Assembly: GCF_006345805.1 (NCBI RefSeq)
Contig: NC_042999.1
Location: 76,446,001-76,510,000, forward strand
From: Octopus sinensis
Taxonomy: Eukaryota
Length of the DNA stretch: 64,000 bases
Direction of reading: 5' to 3'
The notes beneath the pieces are model-generated. The model saw nothing but the letters and a program-made list of their open reading frames with translations, was not told the origin of the DNA and did no database searches. The translations under genes and the position numbers were made by a program. The first letter of the stretch is position 1. The number at the start of each line of letters is the position of its first letter. This document shows, piece by piece, positions 1-12,570 of the stretch.

Positions 1-329
1 GACGAAGGCTAACCAGGGAGCACGCGTCTACATATCTCCTACATTTGATAGGCGTCCGATATGAAAGGGTCTTTCAACCTTATATTTTCATGTTAAGGTT
101 TATAGCTTTATGCATATGCTTCGTGATATGCTATTTCAAAAACAAGAATTATTTCACGTTCTCTCGAAAGTTTCTAAAATGTTTGTGACGTCAACAAAAT
201 ATATACATACAACTTGTTAGTACCTTTATTTGCGATTTGTCTGGACTAGGTTCCCTACATTTTTAGTCCCACCCCCTCGCTCTCTCTCTCTTTCTAACTC
301 CCTGCCATCTTTCCGTGTCTTGTTTGGAA

Positions 330-930
330 ATTATCACAGAAGTGTTGAATGTGCATTTAACGATAAGTTAAAAATGTTCAGTACAAGGAGTTTGTTATAA
401 AGGATTTATTATGGATCAAAGTAAAATAACGAAAATTTAAAAAAAAAACAGAAATCTTGCAGAAATTGTGATATTGTCGCTTGGTTACAGAAATGCATTC
501 GATTCTATTCCTCGCGAAAGACTGCTGGAGTCACCTCAGCTGACAAAAGTACCAGAACCTGCTGTCTTTAATTATACGTGAAAATTGCATAGATGCAAGG
601 ACATGTTGCTGTTCAAGCCGAATGCATTTACCAATATCAGTGGGAAACCGACAGATCATATTTCACACGCAATTAGAACCGTGTCCTTAAATCTGAGTAA
701 ACATGCTCCAAGACCCGGGTGTTAAGACTAAATCAATATATCCAGCAGAGAATATATATCAACAATACTTTCGCCGAAGTGTATGAGTATGAAAATAAAA
801 TTTTCATTTGGATAGCTAAAGATCTTGAGAAGAGACAAGAGATAATAACTGATCCAGATCTCTTTGCAATGGAAGTTGAAGCATAATTTTTGTTACAGCA
901 AGGATACACAGTACGAATATAGTTCACTGA
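330..930 (+). mobile_element. Decayed non-LTR retrotransposon RT fragment, R4/NeSL-like (copy 1)
   Basis: Frameshifted manual translation gives KDLL..., AW..., RNAFDSIPRERLLES (about 400-530), matching the RT motif W-I/L-DYxKAFDSVPH of RLE-type non-LTR elements. Many stops. Clade assignment is from motif memory. Confidence 0.6.
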
Positions 931-934
931 GTAA

Positions 935-1331
935 ATTTTTATATATAAAAGTAAGATTGTGTGCTGTCTGTCTCCTACGATTTAGATTCCTAACTACTCT
1001 CACATTTTGCGGTGCAGTTTAACCAAAACCGGGTATCTTATAGTCGTGATTCATATCGAGCCCTTCTGGGTATTAGCGCGCGTCTACGATGAGTCTACGA
1101 TTTTAAAAAAAATTACCATCAATTTTTCCCATTTTTTATGCATTTTTGGCATATATAAGGGAAGTAACTCTCTAAAAATTTATTATTAAATCTCAGAACG
1201 TAAAAAGCTACAGTAACACCTCCCCTTTGTGGTTAGCCATATTGAGATGGCTATTATACTTTACATATCTAAAAATGCTTATATAGTTATTTCCCTTACA
1301 AACCCGAGCAACGCCGGGCGATACTGCTAGT
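935..1331 (-). mobile_element. Non-autonomous Helentron/HINE (DINE-1/Lep1-like) element
   Basis: Minus 5' end ACTAGCAGTATCGCCCGGCGTTGCTCGGGTTTG with a short hairpin; GACA-like microsatellite remnant before a 3' end CTTTTATATATAAAA. Shares its 5' end with the element at 60592. Confidence 0.65.
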
Positions 1332-1479
1332 TGTACATAAAATAAAAGCAAAAAGACAGTGGGAACAAGCAACTTGGATGGCCAGACTGATATGCCAAAT
1401 TGGGCTACCATAGTACGGACAAATCTTACAGTAAGTGATAGAAATATTGCCTAAGCAGAAAATTTTAAGCCCATTCCTT

Positions 1480-2480
1480 ACCTAAGTATTGTTTACAAAC
1501 TTTGCAAAAGCTGTTTCAGCTAAAATCATCGTCTAACAAATTAGGAAGTACTGAGCAAACAGGGGAAAAGGAGAGTGGGAGCTTGTGCACTTAACTTTCC
1601 ATAAATAAGGTTGTATTGCCTGAGAAAGTAAATGTTGTAGAAATCTTGTGACACTGTCGGTTGATTACAGGAAAGCATTCGATTCCGTTCTTCAATGATG
1701 CCTGCTGAAACCACCGAATCTGACAAAAGTGCCAGCTGTCTTAAATGGTGACAGTGAAAGGCTTAACAGGCATACATAACCAAAAAGGTTCAGAATTATA
1801 ATTAAAGGAATATGATTGTTTAAATGTTATAAATGTTTCAAAGGGAATATTCCAAGGAGTCCCTCTATGTGTGAATCTGTTTATTATACCGCATTCAACA
1901 AAGAACTTGAAGAAAAATACTCTGCATTTTGGAAAATAATTATACATGATTATATTTTCTACAAATTTCAGGATGCTGATACTATTAACATGAAGTGTAG
2001 CCTCTGCTGGACTCATGACTATTAACATCCTACACATTTCTGACGTTATGCATTTGCAATTCAAAAGCAGAAGATAGTTATAGAATGCCTAATAAGCAAC
2101 AGAAAGAGTAGAACCCTTAAACCGCGAAGATGTGAACCGCAAAACTTCGATTATATCACACTTCTTTTGAAAATATTACATACGGGATAAGTATCTACCC
2201 AAAAATGTCATTTAGTACTACTTTGCCTGGCGACAGGATATTGCTGAAGCAATATATAATGCCATCTCTAGGAAAGACCAGCTTTGTTATTGAATACATA
2301 AATACAAACGGAACATATAAATTCAAGGATTATCGGTGTAATATTTTCTTTAAAACCTCTGCCTAACGCAACCATAACAGGACTGACATAAATTATTCGT
2401 GACAAGGAATGGGAATCATGTACAGTCACCTGCTCTGCAGATCTGAACATTTCTTTAAAAATCATTACGAAGAAGAATAT
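1480..2480 (+). mobile_element. Decayed non-LTR retrotransposon RT fragment, R4/NeSL-like (copy 2)
   Basis: VDYRKAFDSV at about 1660-1690, GIFQG-like motif at about 1843-1860 and an INILHISDV relic of the YxDD region near 2020-2050. Interrupted by stops and frameshifts. Confidence 0.65.
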
Positions 2481-2984
2481 TCACTGACAACTGCTTTTAA
2501 ACCTGCAGCTGCTCCGCTCTGATTATGAATTCATATTTGCACCACTGGTTATTGATGCACTTTACTATGTTACGAAATATTTACGCCAAAATTTTGAAGA
2601 GCTAGAATTTTCGGCTGGAGAAAGTGACCGGCTAATGCGCACTTAAGAAATATATTTGGTATGTAAAGGGTAAAAATATATCCCGTACTTTTCTAATATT
2701 CATTGTGTAAACACTTATCTTGTAGTTACTCAAATTCTAGCAATGGACCTTTGTTTCTTCATTAGAAAAAAAAACTGCTACCTTTTCGTAGAATAATCAA
2801 ATAATAACAGAAACACAGAAATTTGAATCCCTGTACAGTATACATAGAGAGATAAATATGCACACACAAACACACACACATTATTCACAGACAAGTATTG
2901 TGTATACGAGTCTCAACAAAATGTCATGCACTTTTGATAACATGAAATGCTAAACAGCATAATATTTCTACAATTATTATGTAG

Positions 2985-4020
2985 TTAGTGGAGCATTTTG
3001 ATGAAATGCGTGTATATCATATCTTTGAATTATCCATGCTAGAAAACGATACCTTCTACGAAAAAAGTTGTGAAATATAAACAACAAAAAAAGACTGTAA
3101 AATCTTTCATCCCTAATACTTCTACATGGAAAAGGCTTGACAGAAAAAGAAATAGATTATATCACGAACTTTAAATGTAAACCTAGTCATTTTTACGGCC
3201 TACATAAAATACGCAAGAACAAGATAGTTAATGAAGCCTGCAAACAGTCACCAGGCAAATGCATAAATATCCAAGCATCAGACGACTTAAAGTTAAAACC
3301 CACCACCTAAGCAATTTTCTAGACATGCTACTGAAACACTTGCTGAAATACATCAAAAGTCTCATTAGAGACGACCTAGACATGCTAGAGCACCTACCAA
3401 ATGCAACTAATGAAGAGGCATTATTGGTTTCTTTCGATGTTATTAATCTTTACACCAACATCCAACATGACTATGGAATAGAAGCAATAAATTCTGGTTG
3501 GAAAAGTACCCGGAATTACTTCCGGAACGCATAAGCCAGGTCTTTATTATTGAATCATTAAAATCTATACTTCAGAACAATTATTTCTTATTTGATGACA
3601 CCCACTATCGTCCAAAATGCGAACTTGCGATGAGAACGAAAGCAGCCCTTGTTCTTGCGAGCTTAATAATGGGTTATTTTGAATTCACCATATATGAAGT
3701 GTCATTGAAATATATGGAGAACTGGAAAAGATACCTGGATAACTGATTTATCATTTGGAAGGAGACCATTGAGAAACTTTCGGAATTCAAATCAATACAA
3801 AATAATATAAACCCTAACATTCAATTCCTCCCTTCGATATTATGATAAAAGAATTCAACAACCAAATTATAACTGACATTTATTATAAACAAACGGACTC
3901 GAAGCAATATCTTCTGCTTAGCTCAGGTCACCAGAAACACATCAAAAGAAATATACCCCTTAATTTAGCAAAAAGGATTTGCACAATAGTGTTTGATAGA
4001 AATCCTCGGGACCAACGAAG
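2985..4020 (+). mobile_element. Penelope-like element (PLE) reverse transcriptase, pseudogenised
   Basis: FYGLHKIRK (3192-3218), LVSFDVINLYTNIQH (ORF 3259), QNNYFLF..AM..KRYLD (ORF 3498) and TDIYYKQTDSKQYL..H.KHIKRNIPLNLAKRI (ORF 3842) occur in PLE RT order across three frames. Confidence 0.9.
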
Positions 4021-4502
4021 GAGAGGAGGTATGAGATGAGTATATTTATTTTACCAGTTGATATCCATATGATTACGATCATTTCACAATTATAATCATA
4101 AGATATAATTAAAAATTTATAGATATATATATATACATGAAATAGATGAAATTTTAGATTCCAGTAAGGTAAATGTCCTGGATTAACTTCATACACTTCA
4201 ATATCAAATATACAGTTAGTCGAATCAGAAGTCATAGGCCTTGTAATCTTCCAACGCCCCCATTCCACGGCCATTTCACTTAATATTTATTTACATTCAT
4301 CTATTACGTAATAATTACTTCATTTCATTTGAAATAATAAATATTATCCAATGAAAATGTCGAATAATAATTGCAAATATTGAACTGTCAAAATCTCCTC
4401 AAAATGGTAATTTCTTTCACTCTATATTTTGCGGTAAATACATTTCCTTCTTCCTCTCCCTATTGTTCTGCTTCTCTTCCTCCATTCTTTCTAGCATTCC
4501 AT

Positions 4503-4733
4503 ATACAAACATACGTACATATATACATACATACATAAATATATATACATGCGCAGATGCCTACATATATAAGCATGCATAGACACACGAAGTAACTCAC
4601 ACATTTACATATAACATAATTGTAGGCAATACATACATATGTACATGCAGGTATGTATTTATGTATGTATTATGTATGCGTAAACATATATATGTATATA
4701 TACATATATATATACATACATGTGTATATATAA

Positions 4734-4769
<36 letters not shown>

Positions 4770-5046
4770 CATACATACATGTATATATATATACATATAT
4801 ATACATATATATATATATATACATATGTGTATATATATACATATATATATACAGATATATGCATACATGTATATATATATACATACATACATAAGCATAT
4901 ATATATATATACATAGATATAAATACATATATATATATAAACATACATATATATATATATACATACATATATATATACAGAAATATATATATATACATAT
5001 ATATACATATATATATATATATAGAAATATATATATATATATATAT
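4503..5046. repeat. Complex (TA)n/(TACA)n microsatellite
   Basis: Directly visible; explains ORFs 4597-5163. Confidence 0.95.
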
Positions 5047-5436
5047 GGATGGATGGATGGAAGCACTCCGTCGGTTGCGACGACGAGGGTTCCGGTTGAT
5101 CCGATCAACGGAACAGCCTGCTCGTGAAATTAACGTGTAAGTGGCTGAGCACTCCACAGACACGTGTACCCTTAACGTAGTTCTCGGGGATAATCAGCGT
5201 GACACAGAGAGTGACAAGGCTGACCCTTTGAAATACAGGTACAACAGAAACAGGAAGTAAGATTGAGAGAAAGTTGTGGTGAAAGAGTACAGCAGGGATC
5301 ACCACCATCCCCTGCCGGAGCCTCGTGGAGCTTTAGGTGTTTTCGCTCAATAAACACTCACAACGCCTGGTCTGGGAATCGAAACCGCGATCCTACGACC
5401 GCGAGTCCGCTGCCCTAACCACTGGGCCATTGCGCC
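5047..5436 (-). mobile_element. tRNA-derived SINE, family B (full length, ATCC tail)
   Basis: Minus head GGCGCAATGGCCCAGTGGTTAGGGCAGCGGACTCG with B-box-like GGTTTCGATTCC; colinear with the copy at 52735-53098. Confidence 0.9.
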
Positions 5437-5440
5437 CCCA

Positions 5441-5745
5441 ATATATATATATATATATACATATATATACACATATATATATACACACATATATATATAT
5501 ATACACATACATAAATATATATACATACATATATATACAAATATACATACATAGATTTATATATATATATATATACATAGATATATATACATACATACAT
5601 ATATATACATTTGTATATTTACATAAATATATACATACATATATATACATATATACATATATACATAATATACATACAAATATATATATATACTTATATA
5701 TATATATATATATATACATGTACATATTCATATACATATATATAT

Positions 5746-5821
<76 letters not shown>

Positions 5822-6165
5822 TTTCATTTCATTTCATTTCATTTAGTTTCAGCTCACGATCTGTGGCCATGCTGGGGTACCGCCATTGTATATATATGTA
5901 TGTATATATATGTATATATATATATATATATGTATATATATGTATGTATATATATTATATATATATATATATATATAGTATATATATATATATAATACAT
6001 ACATATACGTATATATGTATATTATGTATATATGAATGTATATATATGTGAGTATATATATATATATATATTATATATATAAATGCATATGTATACGTAC
6101 CTATATATACGTATGCATGTATATATATTTATTTATATATGTATATATACATACTTATATATATA
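5441..6165. repeat. (TA)n-rich compound microsatellite block with a short SINE tail remnant near 5841-5888
   Basis: Directly visible. Confidence 0.9.
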
Positions 6166-6184
6166 TCATGTCACGTTAACTTAC

Positions 6185-6244
6185 TTGCAGTGCCGTATCG
6201 AGAACCCAGTTGTGTCAAGATTCGTTAGTAAATCCTGTACTCAC
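6185..6244 (-). other. Candidate 60-nt exon (non-coding, poison or recursive-splicing exon)
   Basis: Minus strand: TTTCTTTTTCTTTCTATTTTTCATAG acceptor, exon beginning GTGAGT, 60 nt, then donor GTAAGT at 6184. Stop codons in all three frames. Confidence 0.5.
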
Positions 6245-6676
6245 CTATGAAAAATAGAAAGAAAAAGAAACCATATAGTGTTCGATAGAGAATTTTTGTT
6301 AAATGGAAATTAAATGGGAATTTTGTATCATATATGAATAGATACATTTGACAAAGAAATTTTATATTGCATTCAGACGTAATATAAAAATTAAAAATAC
6401 ACAATATTAGGTGTTATGAATGATCACATTTCAAAAATCATAATAAAATATTAATAAAAATAAATTATTAATTCTTGTTAAATGAATGTATCTGCTTCAA
6501 GTGATGGGAAATTCTATGAAGGAATATTTAATGACTTATGTGTTTAATATCTTTATTATGCTGCTCTTTATTCTTTATTTTGTTCTTTTTTGTTTAGTTT
6601 ACATTTACTGAAAAATCTATATCTTATTAAAATTATATTTCTGTGTTCTGTTCAATATTTTATGCACATTCATATG

Positions 6677-6677
<1 letters not shown>

Positions 6678-6715
<38 letters not shown>

Positions 6716-6830
6716 ATATATATATATATATATATATATATAGGTTGTATGTGTCGTATATATGTATGCATATATGAGTGTGTGTGTGTGTGGTGTGTGT
6801 GTGTGTGTGTGTGTGTACATGGACATACAC
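6678..6830. repeat. (TA)n/(TG)n microsatellite
   Basis: Directly visible. Confidence 0.95.
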
Positions 6831-6989
6831 TCACATACTCACACAAGTATATGTGTGAGAGTATGTGTAGGTGACGTCAAGTCTGTTATAAAAATATGCT
6901 AGTTTATGTCTGTCTTTCGGGGGGGGGTGTATGTCTTTGTGTTGTATTCATGTATCATGGTTTCACTACTTGTTTTACGTACCTATATA

Positions 6990-7215
6990 GTTGCGAGCAG
7001 GTACAAAACTCTCTGTCCGTTCCCACTCAAAATGTTATAGCTGAACGAGTAAAAGCTCCACTAGATCAAGGCTGACAAACGTTACTCCTGATTAGATTCG
7101 AATAATTTGAAATGAAGTTCTTTGCTCAAAGCGAGAACCCTCAGCGTAGACATCGAACCAATAATCTTAAGTTCATTAGACAAACGCTATAACCAATACG
7201 CCATGAGTTTTCGCT
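6990..7215 (-). mobile_element. Degenerate tRNA-derived SINE, family D
   Basis: Minus TGGCGTATTGGTTATAGCG...GGTTCGATG...TTTGAGCAAAGAACTTCATTTC resembles the copies at 12450 and 37575. Confidence 0.5.
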
Positions 7216-7297
7216 ATATCTGTGTGTATATATGTGTATGTCTACATCAGAGTTTATACTCTTTTACTAAGTTCAGCTCGGGCACTGCCACCATGAA

Positions 7298-7339
<42 letters not shown>

Positions 7340-7344
7340 ATATA

Positions 7345-7391
<47 letters not shown>

Positions 7392-7534
7392 GGGGGAGAG
7401 TTCACGGAAAAAGCAAAAGACGAAAACAGGTGGTGTACAAAACACACAGATGTATTAGTATAACACAAAGGAACACAGAAAAAAGGAGAGAAGAAAAATG
7501 CGTGAAGTGGCTACCAATCTATCATGGCGACTGA

Positions 7535-7610
7535 TATATATATATTCATACGTGTATATATATATATATATTCATACGTGTATATATATTATATATATAT
7601 ATATTCATAC

Positions 7611-7649
<39 letters not shown>

Positions 7650-7652
7650 TAC

Positions 7653-7695
<43 letters not shown>

Positions 7696-7844
7696 AATAT
7701 ATATACATATGCATATATATATATATTATATATATATATATATATATAATATATATACATATGCATATATATATATATATAAATATATATACATATGCAT
7801 ATATATATATATATATATGTATATATAAATATATATACATATGC

Positions 7845-7876
<32 letters not shown>

Positions 7877-7892
7877 TATATATATAATATAT

Positions 7893-7950
<58 letters not shown>

Positions 7951-7975
7951 GTGCATATATGTATATATATATATA
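7535..7975. repeat. Higher-order (TA)n minisatellite
   Basis: TTCATACGTG(TA)n four times, then ATAAATATATATACATATGCAT(AT)n three times. Confidence 0.9.
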
Positions 7976-9499
7976 CGTCACATAATATTTAACATAATAT
8001 TTACACATTATGTGTGCGCTCACGTATGTGTAAATACACACACTCACATATACATCATGTGTAATATGTACTGAAAAGTTTCACCTGAAAATAATGTTAC
8101 AGTAGCGATAAAAATTCTCCTATGATAAAGACTACTAATGGAAAGAAAGTGTTAGCCAATGTCACCTTACTTATACTTGGAGAAACTAATGCAATCTCTT
8201 TTCTTAAAATAACAACAAAGCTGTAATAGAAACCAGCCGGACTTAAACTGGATAGCAATCTGTCAATCATCTATTTACTTATTTATTTTTAGTAAACATG
8301 CGTTAACGATGAGCCTCATGTCAATTATTGTATTACTCATCAAGTACATGCTGTAAAACTCCCTTTGGACTAATCCTTTCTGATCTTCGATTACTTAGAA
8401 TTACCGAGTGTTAAAACTCCTTCAAACTCTTCAACGCAACAAGCCGACCGATTTTGATGGTGGTTTTCTTTCTCCCTCCCTCCCTCTCTTTCTCTCTCTC
8501 ACCCTCCTTCTATCTTTATTACCAGTGAGCAGCGTGAAACACAGACAGCTACTATCCTTATAAGACTGTTAAACAATATTGCATATACAGGCATAGAAAG
8601 CAGTATATTCGTTCGCTTCCCTACAACTGCAACATTTTTACCGCTACTAATTACTCAGTTATCACCTCGAGATTCAGTATTCCAAAGATAACAACTTCTC
8701 CTCTTATGTCAATATCAGTGAACACTAGTGTTCTTTCTTCAATGGAGCCATTCCCTCCTTATTTCTCTCTTCAGCAGCTCACTGTCTTTGACATCTTCAA
8801 TAATTATTTTATCCCAGTCTAGCACAAATACTTCTTTACTACATAAAAGAAAACTTAGGAAGGCTGGTTTTCAAATTTTGTAGACTTCCCACACATATCA
8901 TACCCTCGGGATGGGAAGTGATGCCAATCTCTCCGACGTCCGAAATATAAGAATATCTCCCACGCACTTCCTTTATTGGAATTTCTTACTATATATGTCT
9001 ATCGCTCTTAGCATCCTTCTTACGTGTAAAATAGGCCTCTTTTATTATAAACAGTATCCAATGCGATCATCTTAATTAAATCTCTTGGAACAGAACTAAG
9101 ACACAATTACAACACATATCAACGAAACTGCTTTGTAATACAATCTCACAACACACGAACAATACATACCTGAATCCCTTTAAGTCCTTTCAAATTGTAA
9201 GCTCAATAACCTTGTCAGCTCATACGAAGAACTCAAATATACAATGTTCGCAAGGATCTCCTATATGGTCGTGCAAAACGCCAAATCTCTATAAAATTTC
9301 AGTTTGCTGTCAAGGAATTTGAGGAACTCATTTGATATGAATTGCAAAATACCGAAATGTCCTTGGGAACGACAGAATAGACATGGCTAATAATTTCAAA
9401 ACTTTTATCTTAATTTATAGTATTACTCTCATATAATAGCTTACAGGAGCTTTTTTATTGTTCATTTTTTTTTCTACAACTGATAAAATGACATGTCCG

Positions 9500-9625
9500 C
9501 TAAACTAGCAAAGCGCTTACTACTTCCATACTTAGCGGCATTTCGTTTGGCCTTAATGCTCTGCGTTCAAATTCCTCTGAGATCGACTTTGCTTTTCATT
9601 CTTTCGAACGATGTAATCGACTAGC
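9500..9625 (+). mobile_element. Degenerate SINE family C fragment
   Basis: CTTAGCGGCATTTCG...GTTCAAATTCC...GTCGACTTTGC-like core shared with the copies at 16083 and 59748. Confidence 0.65.
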
Positions 9626-9678
9626 ATCTCTTAAAGTTTCAGGTTTGTTTCTATAGTACTAATGATTATCTAGCGCTC

Positions 9679-9679
<1 letters not shown>

Positions 9680-9729
<50 letters not shown>
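9680..9729. repeat. (CA)n microsatellite
   Basis: Perfect run. Confidence 0.97.
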
Positions 9730-9731
<2 letters not shown>

Positions 9732-10439
9732 CATCTTCGATCAAAATACATATCTTCTAACAGACTAGTGTGTGCCTCATATTTAGTGCCACTGAGTGAC
9801 ACAGACGAATGCTGTAACTCTATACCTAACTAGTATGTTAGTCATACTAACTTTCACCACTCATATGTGAATTAAGAACGATGAATTTAATTTCTATTCG
9901 AAGGTAAAGTGATACCTTACACGCATATCTACATCAGAACTATTACTACGAAGCACTTGATTTCTATGACAGAAAATAAATTTGGCAGAAGTAAACCTGG
10001 AGGTCTATAAAATAATTGCAATCCATGCTGTTTCATTGCTTTAATTAATTAATTTGTTGCCAATGTACTAATATGCAAATGAGGGAAGTCAACACATTTT
10101 ACTCATAGAATATTTTAAAATTAAGTCATAGCTGTTTTAACTCTTTTAGAACGTAATGGCTCGCTACTCTTCATAAGCAAGCAGAAATCAAGCAAAATTG
10201 GCGAGTTGTACATGGTCACTTCTACAGAGAGGGACTTGTGATTTAGTGAGATGAAATTTTATTTTATTGAACGTATGCTTCTAAAATCTTTAATACACAA
10301 AACGCACGCACATATATACCACAATGACGTGAGGAGATAATCGTGAGTATCTGAACGTATGTTACCACATAGCACATTGTCAATCAGCACGTCGAATAAT
10401 CATATAATCAAAGCTAACTCAAACACGCATACACATATT

Positions 10440-10876
10440 CTTATGCACACACACACTTATACATACATATGATTATATATATATTTATTTGTATGCATAT
10501 ACATATATATAGACATACACAAATATACACACACATAGACACACATAGAGAAACACACACAAACACACACATATATATATCCACAAATATATAAATATAT
10601 ACAAATACATACATAGAATAATAAATGCACAGAGACATATGCAGAGCTATAAACACAAGTGCGTATGAAAATTGATATATCGATCTGTTATTTTTAGGAA
10701 TACTGAATGATAAATTATAATGATTGTGTGACGTGAGCTGTCATTACACCAGCCATTAGTTTCCTGTTTAGAAACTGTAGAGTGTTCATGTAACAGGAAA
10801 TCACTATTAAGGAACACATTATATATGTGTGAATGTGTGGGTGCACGGATACTCTTGGAGTATGCGTGTGTGTATA

Positions 10877-10953
<77 letters not shown>

Positions 10954-11240
10954 GCGTATATATATGCAAGTATTATATATATATAAATATGCATGTCTGT
11001 GTATACAGTCATATATATATTTATATATATATACACACACATCTCTGTATATTTACACCTACGTATAGATATATATACACATCAAGAGCAAGGTCTTTCT
11101 TCCCCCACCTTCTCTCACTTCTCTCAATTTCTATATTTGTAGGTTTCGTGCAGGAGTGTGTGTGTGTGTGTGTATGTGCATATATATATATATATATACA
11201 CACATACATACTTATATATACATGTGCGTGTGTGTGTGTG
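10440..11240. repeat. Compound (TA)n/(CA)n/(TG)n microsatellite region
   Basis: Directly visible; short unique interruption at about 10660-10820. Confidence 0.85.
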
Positions 11241-11754
11241 TTGTTCATATTTGCATGTATATCTGTTTTCCTTTCCTCTTTTCTCTCCGCCTTTTCTTAT
11301 ATCCTTCTATCTCTGTCACTATCTCTCTATAGTCTTAGTGCGTATGTGTGAGTGTGTGTGTGTGGTTTTGTATTTGGGCCCATGCGCATGAGTACCTGCA
11401 GTACTTCGTTACATAATATTGTTTCGTTTCTAATTAAATCTGATCAAAACCTCAGCTTCGATTACAATCGAAACATCAACAAAATACCTAGTCACTGTAC
11501 TTGTCGCATTAAGAAGTGTTTTATTTCGTTTCTTTTTCTCGCTTTTCACTGAATACTTCTTTCCCCACATCTGATGAACAACCTGCGTCCGAAACGTTGA
11601 CCCTCATTGTTTCCATTAAATCGTTAAGCCTATATGCGCACGTGTTTATCCCGTTTTGACCTATAAACATACGCGCTTGCACGCGCGCACACATGTAAAA
11701 AAACCGAGGCACACACACGCACTTATCTATCTTTCTATAAAAAAAAAAATAATA

Positions 11755-11820
<66 letters not shown>

Positions 11821-12120
11821 ATAATGGTTGAGAGCTATATAAGATCAATATAGAAAACACGTAGTAGTGCTCGATTGAATTTAAACATAACCCCCGAATC
11901 CTTCAACCAGGACCAGGTCCACGACGTCAAGAGTGGCTATAAGAGAAATCCAAGGCGAACTGATGTGGAGGTAGTTATGCAGATGAACACAGTAAGGTTT
12001 CACATATATAGACATATCTAAATATATACATATATCATTCTCCTTGAACCATTCTCCTTTTCTCAGCATATCTTCCTCTACTAATACCCTTTTACCCTTT
12101 TCGTCTCTACATATAGCCTA

Positions 12121-12331
12121 ATTGTGGTGAAAAGTTCTTGGCTTTAAGGGTGTCGCGAAAGGTCTGGTTGGAGAACCAACCTTCCGATGTCTTTTACAGG
12201 GCTTAGAAAAATTGAAGGACCGCTGCAATAAGTGTGTGAATCTGAGGGGGGAATATGATGAATAAAATCATATTAAATGACCGTCCTGTATTTTCTTTTA
12301 TCCAAAGCCAGAAACTTTTCAACACCCTCAC
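12121..12331 (+). mobile_element. Mariner deletion derivative (MITE-like)
   Basis: Imperfect TIRs GTGGTGAAAAGTTCTTGGCTTT (12124) and AAAGCCAGAAACTTTTCAACACCCTC (12304). Interior encodes LQGLEKLKDRCNKCVNLRGEYDE*, the typical mariner transposase C-terminus (GIxxLxxRWxKCIxxxGxY). Confidence 0.8.
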
Positions 12332-12449
12332 CTATATATAAGACGGAATTCTTTCAGTCTCCTTCAACCAAACTAGAGGCTAAAGTAGAATACACCTAGA
12401 CAGGATGTCACACACAGTGGGGTGGAACTTGAACGACGTGGTTGGGAAG

Positions 12450-12570
12450 CAAAGTGGCCGAGTGGTTAGGGCGTTGCAATTTCGATCGCTAAATCGCAGA
12501 TTCGATACCCGGACCGGGCGACGAGTTGTTCTTGAGCATAACACTTCATTTTACGTTGTGCTGCGGTAAG
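12450..12570 (+). mobile_element. SINE family D 5' part (tRNA-like head)
   Basis: GTGGCCGAGTGGTTAGGGCG...GATTCGATACCC followed by TTCTTGAGCATAACACTTCAT, also present at 37575. Confidence 0.6.

Noticed and set aside
1-30. GACGAAGGCT...CACGCGTC at the window start, hammerhead-like
   Set aside because: Core is cut by the window edge and GAAA is absent (GAGC); cannot be supported without upstream sequence.
5365-5436. tRNA-like heads (also 12450, 50550-50620, 52735) as tRNA genes
   Set aside because: No complete cloverleaf or acceptor stem, and each continues into a SINE body.
7535-7670. Repeat-spacer pattern resembling CRISPR
   Set aside because: Spacers are pure (TA)n, the genome is eukaryotic and no cas genes are present.
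8300-9400. Non-repetitive tract that might be a decayed LINE or transposase on minus
   Set aside because: Manual translation gave only vague resemblance and no diagnostic motif.
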